Positions 35,003-41,579 of a stretch of DNA of 64,000 nucleotides are shown here, piece by piece. This DNA is from Candidatus Parcubacteria bacterium (lineage in GTDB: Bacteria > Patescibacteriota > Patescibacteriia > Patescibacteriales > UBA12465), in contig AP029158.1 of assembly GCA_037076615.1 (NCBI GenBank), positions 5,470 to 69,469 of the forward strand. Reading direction: 5' to 3'. Both the position numbers and the translations under genes were made by a program. Each line of letters starts with the position of its first letter. Within the stretch, counting starts at the first letter, position 1. The notes beneath the pieces were generated by a model. It saw only the letters and a program-made list of their open reading frames with translations. It was not told where the DNA came from and did not search any database.

Positions 35003-36031
35003 ATGAAAGCAAAAAAATTTTTCAGTTATAGGAAAGCCTTTGCTTTCCTGATTATTTGTGCAAGCCTATTTGCTTGTGAGAAGGAGCCACTACCACCACT
35101 ACATCCCCCCCCACCACCACCGCCCCCACTATTTAATAGCCCTCAAGTTCATACTTCTGGGGTGAATGGTGTTGGTTTTAGCGAGGCTGAGATTCGTGGT
35201 CAAGTTATATCTGACGGCGGAACAAAGATCATTGAGAGAGGTTTTTGTTGGGGGCTTGACTCTAACAATGTTAATGTCAATTCCAATAAAAGAAGTGTAA
35301 GTGTAACCGCAACTAATAATTTTTCTCTTAATCTTACTGGTCTTAACAGAAATACTAAGTATTATGTTAAGGCTTATGCAATCAATGATGTTGGTGTTGC
35401 CTACGGTCAGGCAGTGGTAGTGTACACCTATGATATTGCCGATAACGAAGGTAATATGTATCATACGGTGAAAATTGGTGAACAAGTATGGACAGTAGAG
35501 AATTTAAGAACTCGCCACTATAACAACGGTGATCCAATTATTCATGAACCGGTAGCGGCTAACTGGGGACCACTCGAGACCGGCGCGTATACAGCTTACA
35601 ACAATAGTTCAGAGATGGCCGAAAAATATGGTTATCTTTACAACTATTTAGCGGTGACTGATCCTAGAGGAATTACCCCCGAAGGTTGGTGCATTCCTAG
35701 TGGAGATGATTTTGTAGAGTTGAAAAACTTCTTGGGGGGATATTCTCCTGCTGGTCCAGCGCTAATGAATCAGCTGGGGTGGCCAGAAACATTGAGACCA
35801 ATTACCAATTCTACTGGCTTTAGTGCTTTGCCTAATGGCGGAATTGCTAAAAACTCCAAAACTGGGTTATATGAATATTCTGGGGGGGATGAAATAGCCG
35901 CTTTTATAACAAATCAAATCTTTGGAGGTTATTTGATTATGGTTATAATCAGCGCTGAGAATCAATTTCTGTCTACCGGTGGTCTATATGACCCTTCAGC
36001 TGGTGCCGGTATTAGGTTAATAAAAAAATAA
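35003..36031 (+). CDS. Lipoprotein: poly-proline linker, one Ig/Fn3-like domain, C-terminal FISUMP domain
   Basis: MKAKKF.. start paralogous to MKAKNF.. at 30644. Lipobox SLFAC, PPLHPPPPPPPPLF, ..LNRNTKYYVKAYA.., NEGNMYHTVKIGEQVWTVENLRTRHYNNGDPI..YGYLYNY..GWCIPSGDDF..GFSALPNG. The ATG at 35003 is preferred over the TTG at 34949. Confidence 0.8.
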   Translation: MKAKKFFSYRKAFAFLIICASLFACEKEPLPPLHPPPPPPPPLFNSPQVHTSGVNGVGFSEAEIRGQVISDGGTKIIERGFCWGLDSNNVNVNSNKRSVSVTATNNFSLNLTGLNRNTKYYVKAYAINDVGVAYGQAVVVYTYDIADNEGNMYHTVKIGEQVWTVENLRTRHYNNGDPIIHEPVAANWGPLETGAYTAYNNSSEMAEKYGYLYNYLAVTDPRGITPEGWCIPSGDDFVELKNFLGGYSPAGPALMNQLGWPETLRPITNSTGFSALPNGGIAKNSKTGLYEYSGGDEIAAFITNQIFGGYLIMVIISAENQFLSTGGLYDPSAGAGIRLIKK

Positions 36032-36032
36032 G

Positions 36033-36057
36033 AGAGGAAGTAATTTCCTCTTTTTTT
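36033..36057 (+). terminator. Intrinsic terminator
   Basis: AGAGGAA-GTAAT-TTCCTCT followed by T7. Confidence 0.7.
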
Positions 36058-36329
36058 ACATTTTTTTATTACAATCGCAGCAATTAGGGTTACCTTCTTG
36101 GTTCCAATTCCATATAATATGGCGGTAGAGCTATTTAGCCCATAATTATCATAAATTATATGATAACAAGGAACGCCACAGATAATCTAATTGTTATGAA
36201 GATTAGTATGTTAGACTTATGTATTGCTAAAATATCTGTGATTTAGCGGTTAAACAGCCAGATCTCGGTCTCATTATCATCTCAAGAGAAATTAAATCAG
36301 ATATACCGCGAGCCACAAGAGATGGAGGC

Positions 36330-36790
36330 CAAATTCAAGACTATATTCTTTAGAAATCCCTGGAGAAGAATTACAGTTTGATGCTTGCTATCCTTATGAG
36401 CATTTTCAAGAATTAACTTATTTTGACACTATTAATGATTGTTTCGGGAGAATCTTTACCAGATTGTATGACTGAGAGACTATTAAAAACGCTATTTTAT
36501 ACTGCAATTCTCTAGGTATCAAAGTAGTTATTAATGAGTTATATACCCCGTAACAGAATGGCAAGATTGAAAGATTTCACAGAACTCTAAAACGTAGCTT
36601 CTTCTAGAAATATTATTCTTTTTATGACTCTAATGAATATTTACAGCTAAAACTTAATTTCTGGGTGAACTTCTACAATTCCAAGAAAAAGCACTCCGGC
36701 CATGGGATGAATAGCATGACTTCGGATTTAAAGATAGCCGTATCTTTATCCAATTCTTTAAATATTATTAATACTTATCCCCAGGGGATA
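36330..36790 (+). pseudogene. Decayed rve/IS481-like transposase relic (multiple in-frame stops)
   Basis: Plus-strand fragments PGEELQFDACY..YFDTINDCFGRI.., ..QNGKIERFHRTLKRSFF*.., ..FWVNFYNSKKKHSGHGMNSMTSD (YNxxRPHxxL-like), interrupted by stops. Confidence 0.7.
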
Positions 36791-36826
36791 ACTTTAATTC
36801 TACAACAGTAAATTTATTTACATTTT

Positions 36827-36854
36827 TTTAAACAATGATATAATTTAAAAATAA
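36827..36854 (+). promoter_or_regulatory. Putative extended -10 promoter of the 36875-40005 operon
   Basis: TTTACA, 16 nt spacer, TGATATAAT. Confidence 0.45.
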
Positions 36855-36874
36855 TATTCATTATTCATATTTTT

Positions 36875-37315
36875 ATGAAAACAGATAAAAAAGTTTGGCT
36901 AGTAATTTTTATTCTTGTTCTACTGACTTTTATTGTTACTATCTTTTACTACTTTTATCAGGTCAAAAAGAGTGGTGAAGAAGCGCAAGTCCTTACTCCC
37001 GAATCTTATAGTTCTCTTGATAATCTTGAAGATAAAAATTTATTAAGTGATGACCTTAAGGTTAAGTTAGGTTTATATCACCGGGCTGTTTTTGAAGTAA
37101 TTCCCAAAGAAGGTGATGACACTAAATTTGATCTTAAATTTTTAGGGGTGAAGGATCCGGAGCCAATTTCTTTTCAAGAGCTTTCAGTTGAAGATAAGGA
37201 TAATCTTCATTTAAACAGGGATGAACGTTTTCAAATCTTGCTAACAGATAACGAAGGAAAGGTTTTACAGTATAGGATTATGAAAGATGAAAACGATATT
37301 GTTACTGAATATTAG
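36875..37315 (+). CDS. Small single-pass membrane protein (paralog of 33836..34261)
   Basis: MKTDKK plus TM helix and a conserved C-terminal beta-like segment. The 3' end overlaps the next gene. Confidence 0.6.
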   Translation: MKTDKKVWLVIFILVLLTFIVTIFYYFYQVKKSGEEAQVLTPESYSSLDNLEDKNLLSDDLKVKLGLYHRAVFEVIPKEGDDTKFDLKFLGVKDPEPISFQELSVEDKDNLHLNRDERFQILLTDNEGKVLQYRIMKDENDIVTEY

Positions 37316-37325
37316 TTTTAATCAT

Positions 37326-38174
37326 ATGAAGAAAAAAAATAATTTTTTTAAACTTTGTTGCGAAAATTTAATTATTGATCGATATTTATTTTTGAGTATT
37401 ATTTTGTCTTTTGTGATTGCTGCTCTAATCCCCTCTTTATTCTTGTCTGCAGCACCGCTTAATACGCCTGGTGGTGGCTATAGAGTAGAGGCAAGAACTT
37501 TAAGCGGGCCAATTTTTTATTATAATGGTGGCGTCTTAAACCCTATCGGTTGTTGTGTTAATAATGTTAGCTATCAAGATTATTTTGTGCCTACTAATTC
37601 TAAGGCAGAATGGAATAGTTTTTATAACTCCGCTACGGCAGGAGCGCTCCGCAACAATTTGACTCCTGTTGGTTGCGTTGGAGATGGGGTCTGTAATTTA
37701 GCTACCGAAAACTGCTTAAGTGCACCTACAGATTGCGGGACATGTGGGGCGCAGTGTGTTAATAATGGGGTTTGCTCTACCATTGAGAGAGAGCAGTATG
37801 CCAATGATAATTTATTATTTGGTTGGCGCCCCACTGATTGGGATTCAAGCACAAGTTTAGTATGTCCAGATTGTTGTTTAGGGTCAGCTGGAGTGGGGAC
37901 CTGTGGTCAGTGTGGTGGTAGCGAAAGCCTTGGTGATGGTTGCTGCACATATTTGGAATGGGATGAGTTAGTTATGTCAGAAGAACCTCCTGCTCAAGAT
38001 AGAATAGATGATCTTTACTATGACTGTTATAATACAACGTATACACCTCCTCCAGCTAGTGATGGTGGCGACACCGGAGGTGGTGGTGGTGGAGGAGGAG
38101 GTGCTGGTGTTTCTTATTGTTCAGAGTTGTATGTTGACGGTTCTCCTTTTGAATTTTGCTTTCAATACACCTAA
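37326..38174 (+). CDS. Cysteine-rich secreted/anchored protein (paralog of 32294..33694) with poly-Gly tract
   Basis: TM anchor, DYFVPTNSKAEWNSFYNS motif (compare DVFIPNKTAAEWSSFINN), CVGDGVCNLATENCLSAPTDCGTCG, DGGDTGGGGGGGGGAG. The ATG at 37326 is preferred. Confidence 0.65.
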   Translation: MKKKNNFFKLCCENLIIDRYLFLSIILSFVIAALIPSLFLSAAPLNTPGGGYRVEARTLSGPIFYYNGGVLNPIGCCVNNVSYQDYFVPTNSKAEWNSFYNSATAGALRNNLTPVGCVGDGVCNLATENCLSAPTDCGTCGAQCVNNGVCSTIEREQYANDNLLFGWRPTDWDSSTSLVCPDCCLGSAGVGTCGQCGGSESLGDGCCTYLEWDELVMSEEPPAQDRIDDLYYDCYNTTYTPPPASDGGDTGGGGGGGGGAGVSYCSELYVDGSPFEFCFQYT

Positions 38175-38183
38175 TTCAGGTAA

Positions 38184-39032
38184 ATGACTTCCTTTTTATT
38201 TTTATCTTTTTTTCATTCATTCACGGATATTTTTGTTGGTGGTAGGGGGTTGATTAAGACTCTAGCTTGGTTGTGTTATCTTCTGCTTTTAATTGTTTTT
38301 TATCGTTTAGGGCTAAATAAAAAAAAAAGAAATTATTCTTGGTTGTGGGCGTGGCTATCTTTAGCGGCAGCCTATCTTTACGGAATTTTCTTACAGTTTT
38401 ATTTTTCTCATCACTATCAAATACCTTTTTGGGAGCATTCTGTTTTTGGTTTTTCCAAAGAGATTTCTAGTACGTTTTTTTACCACAACCATATTGTTAA
38501 GGGGGCTGTAGGCTGGCTTTTTACTCTGTTTAACAATCCGGAAACTAGTAATTTTGATGCCGGGCAAGCTTATTTAGGATGGGCGCCAACCATTTTTTGG
38601 GTTTTTGGCGCCCTTATTTTAATTTTATTGATAGGTTTAAGTGTTTTTTATTTTTTTACATCTTTTCAAAAATATTTAGAGAAAGTTAATAAAAGGCAAA
38701 AATGTTTTTTAATTTTTTCCTATTCTATTCTCGCCTTTGCCCTTATTGAGACTGCTTTTGATGGCGGTTTATTAGTAAGAGGGGCGGTCTTGTCTTTTTT
38801 AGCAATCCCTTTGTTTGGTCGCACTGTAAAAAATAAAAAAATACCCAATTATTTCTTTTTGATTAATGCTTTTTTGTCTTTTATTGTTTCGGTACTTTTT
38901 TATCATTATCGTAGAGTTTTAGACCCTGGTGGTTTATATAATACTTTATTGACTGTTTCGTTTTGGTCTCTACTTAACCTTCTTCTTTATTTTAGTCAAA
39001 AAAATTGTCATTTTTGGTTGTTTTGGCAGTAA
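38184..39032 (+). CDS. Polytopic (about 8 TM) membrane protein, unknown family
   Basis: Hydrophobic, aromatic-rich ORF starting 10 nt after the previous stop. Contains an A10 tract (38319-38328) and ends just after an A7 tract. Confidence 0.55.
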   Translation: MTSFLFLSFFHSFTDIFVGGRGLIKTLAWLCYLLLLIVFYRLGLNKKKRNYSWLWAWLSLAAAYLYGIFLQFYFSHHYQIPFWEHSVFGFSKEISSTFFYHNHIVKGAVGWLFTLFNNPETSNFDAGQAYLGWAPTIFWVFGALILILLIGLSVFYFFTSFQKYLEKVNKRQKCFLIFSYSILAFALIETAFDGGLLVRGAVLSFLAIPLFGRTVKNKKIPNYFFLINAFLSFIVSVLFYHYRRVLDPGGLYNTLLTVSFWSLLNLLLYFSQKNCHFWLFWQ

Positions 39033-39508
39033 CAGCCTCATTTCTCGGCTCTTGGTGGTACGGCTCTTATATCCAAAGAAATATTATTAAATATTATGAA
39101 GTTCCAGTTTCTCAAGGGGAAAGTTTTTTGATGTATGATTACCAGGATAATACCATTAAAAAGTTAGCTGTTTCTAAAGATGGGGTTTTGGGGGATCTTA
39201 ATACTCAAGGAGTTAATATTAGTTATGGTCCGATAACCATTCCCGATAAAATTTGTTTTTATAATCGCTATATTTTGATTACAGGCAAGATTTTGTCTAA
39301 GGATTATGTTCCCGAGAATATGTCGCCTATACACCCATATTCCTATGTCTGGCATGGAACCCCAAAACAGCGAGCCGATGGTTTATGGGAAACTCGTTTT
39401 GAGATGAAGCATAATAATTGCCTGCCCGAGCCATGGACGGTTAGTAGTAGAACGTTTCATCAAGAAGGTTTTGATTCTTTTATTTTATTAGATTTAAGAG
39501 GTTTGTGA
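39005..39508 (+). CDS. Hypothetical protein with one N-terminal TM helix. May be the -1-frame continuation of 38184..39032.
   Basis: TTG start immediately after the A7 tract. Overlaps the upstream ORF by 28 nt and the downstream start by 1-4 nt. Confidence 0.45.
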   Translation: MSFLVVLAVTASFLGSWWYGSYIQRNIIKYYEVPVSQGESFLMYDYQDNTIKKLAVSKDGVLGDLNTQGVNISYGPITIPDKICFYNRYILITGKILSKDYVPENMSPIHPYSYVWHGTPKQRADGLWETRFEMKHNNCLPEPWTVSSRTFHQEGFDSFILLDLRGL

Positions 39509-40005
39509 TGAATCTTACAATGGAAAATTTTATTTTTTATATGGCAGTAACTTGGGGGTGCAATATCTCCCTCAATTTTTTATATGTGCTTAAAAAATTT
39601 TTTCCTATTGTTTTAAAATATGACTATCCTCTTGATTTTCGTAAGAAGTTAGGCGCCAATAGAATTTTAGGAGACTCAACCACTTGGCTAGGCCTATTGC
39701 TATCAGTTTTTTTGAGTTTACTTTTTTATATTTTACTGCCTTGGCCTTGGTTTTTAGTTCCTTTTACTGTTTATTTTGGCCACTCTTTGGGGAGTTTTAT
39801 TAAAAGACGTTTAGGAAAAAAAGATGGAAGTTTTCTGCTCTTGGTGGATCATGGTGATTATATGTTATTGACTGGCATCATATTTTATTTAAGTGGCCAA
39901 GTAAGTCTTTCTTTAGCTATTAGCGCTATTTTGTTTACCTATCTTCTTCACCCGCTCGCCTGTTTTATAGCTTTTAAGTTAGGTTTAAAAAAATACCCCT
40001 ATTAA
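39505..40005 (+). CDS. CDP-archaeol synthase (CarS, DUF46/PF01864)-like membrane cytidylyltransferase-family protein
   Basis: LDFRKKLGANRILGDSTTWLG, GHSLGSFIKRRLGKKDGSFLLLVDHGDYML and the C-terminal HPLACFIAFKLGLKKYPY align by eye with the archaeal CarS pattern (..GKRILGDGKTWRG.., ..GDxxxSFIKRRxG..G.....VDQ..), recalled from memory. Confidence 0.65.
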   Translation: MMNLTMENFIFYMAVTWGCNISLNFLYVLKKFFPIVLKYDYPLDFRKKLGANRILGDSTTWLGLLLSVFLSLLFYILLPWPWFLVPFTVYFGHSLGSFIKRRLGKKDGSFLLLVDHGDYMLLTGIIFYLSGQVSLSLAISAILFTYLLHPLACFIAFKLGLKKYPY

Positions 40006-40124
40006 AAAAATTTAGCTTAGCTCATTTTTTGAGTTTAATTAACAAAAATAGTTGGTAAAAACGTCATATTTGTTGTAACACTAAAGTAGAATTTAAAACA
40101 AAGTTAAACCGGCTTAACAATCCC

Positions 40125-40152
40125 TTGTCAAAATTAAAATAATCCCTATAAT
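40125..40152 (+). promoter_or_regulatory. Putative rpsA promoter
   Basis: TTGTCA, 16 nt spacer, TATAAT. Confidence 0.45.
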
Positions 40153-40193
40153 GAAAGAACATTTAATAAATAGCCCATTCTAGCTCCGAATAT

Positions 40194-40263
40194 AAGAATA
40201 CTCTTAGTATTCCCGGGCGTTCGGGGGCTGTCCCGCAAGGGGCGGTTAAGAACGCTTTTTTTA
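40194..40263 (+). promoter_or_regulatory. Structured rpsA 5' leader (two hairpins, the second terminator-like)
   Basis: GAATAC-TCTTA-GTATTC, then GCGTTC..(CCC-GCAA-GGG)..GAACGC followed by T7, ending about 20 nt before the rpsA ATG. Confidence 0.4.
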
Positions 40264-40282
40264 TTTGAAAAAAGCTAAAAAT

Positions 40283-41491
40283 ATGTCTGAAGTAGATTTT
40301 GGTAAATTATTGGAAAGCGATAAAATCCGCATTCCTCAAGTTGGCGATGTCATTAAGGGTCGTGTTATTACCGCTTCAAAGTCCGAAGTAAAATTAGATA
40401 TTGACGGAATTTTAATGGGGATTGTCCGGGGTCCCGAGCTTTATTATGAGGCTCCTGAATTTTCGGATTTAAATCCCGGTGATGAAATTGAGGCGACTGT
40501 AATTGAAGAAGAAAACGAGAGCGGTTTAGTTGAACTCTCTTTTCGGGCCGTTGGTCAAGAAAAAGCTTGGCAATTATTGCGCGAAGCTTATCGTGATAAA
40601 GAACCGATTAAGGTTAAAATTACCGATGCTAATAAAGGTGGTTTATTGTCTCGTTTTCGCCAAATTGCCGGCTTCTTACCGGTATCTCAACTGGCGCCCG
40701 ATAATTATCCCCGCGTTTCCGGTGGTGATAAAAGTCGGATTTTAGAAAAATTGAAAGGTTTTGTCGGTCAAGAAATGCAGGTAACCGTGATCACTTTAAA
40801 TGAGAGTGATAATAAAATTATTTTTAGTGAAAAAGATATTTGGAATCGCCGCCAAAAGCCAGCTTTGGATAAATACCAGCCCGGCATGGTGGTTGAAGGA
40901 AAAATTACGGCGATCACTAACTTTGGTGTCTTCGTAAATTTTGATGAAGGCATGGAAGGCTTAATTCATATTTCTGAATTAGCCTGGCAACGAATTGATT
41001 CTCCTGGAGAGCTTTATCAAGTTGGCGATAAGGTTAAGGCGGAGATTGTTTCCGTCGATGGCGCTAAGATATTTTTAAGCCTCAAGCGCTTAATGACTGA
41101 TCCTTGGCTGGAAGCGAGCGCTAAGTATAAGATTGGCCAAACTGTTCCCGGCTCAATTTTGAAAGTTAATCCTTTTGGACTTTTTGTAAAATTGGATGAA
41201 GAAATTCATGGTTTAGCGCATGTGAGTCAGTTAGGCTTAGGGGCTAAAGAAAAAATTAGTGATACTTTTAAAGTTGATGAGGTGAGAGATTTTGAAATTG
41301 TAAATATCTCACCGGAAGAGCACCGTTTGGGCTTAAAGTTGGCAGGCGTGGTCAGCACTGAAGCTGCCACCGAGGCTCCCAAAAAAGCGAAAAAGGAAAG
41401 CAAAAAGAAGGACGAAGAAAAAGAAGAGACCGCTGAAGAAAAGGAAGTTACTCAGGAGAAAAAAACTGCCAAGAAAGTTAAAGAAAAATAA
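40283..41491 (+). CDS. rpsA: 30S ribosomal protein S1 (four S1 domains, Lys/Glu-rich tail)
   Basis: Repeated S1 motifs (GDVIKGRVI, GQEMQVTVI, GMVVEGKITAITNFGVFVNF, GQTVPGSILKVNPFGLFVKL). The ATG at 40283 is preferred over the TTG at 40265. Confidence 0.9.
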   Translation: MSEVDFGKLLESDKIRIPQVGDVIKGRVITASKSEVKLDIDGILMGIVRGPELYYEAPEFSDLNPGDEIEATVIEEENESGLVELSFRAVGQEKAWQLLREAYRDKEPIKVKITDANKGGLLSRFRQIAGFLPVSQLAPDNYPRVSGGDKSRILEKLKGFVGQEMQVTVITLNESDNKIIFSEKDIWNRRQKPALDKYQPGMVVEGKITAITNFGVFVNFDEGMEGLIHISELAWQRIDSPGELYQVGDKVKAEIVSVDGAKIFLSLKRLMTDPWLEASAKYKIGQTVPGSILKVNPFGLFVKLDEEIHGLAHVSQLGLGAKEKISDTFKVDEVRDFEIVNISPEEHRLGLKLAGVVSTEAATEAPKKAKKESKKKDEEKEETAEEKEVTQEKKTAKKVKEK

Positions 41492-41579
41492 AATTACTCA
41501 AGCGCCGCAATTGCGGCGCTTGTGGGTTTAATTGCTAAAGCCCTAGTCGCCGTGTATAATTAAGAGATAAAAAGTCCTT

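Noticed and set aside
30644-36031. Diversity-generating retroelement (DGR) targeting the lectin-like C-termini of the FISUMP lipoproteins
   Set aside because: DGRs are common in CPR, so I looked for one. There is no reverse-transcriptase ORF in the window, and I found no template/variable repeat pair with adenine-specific mismatches. The two FISUMP domains are similar only at the protein level.
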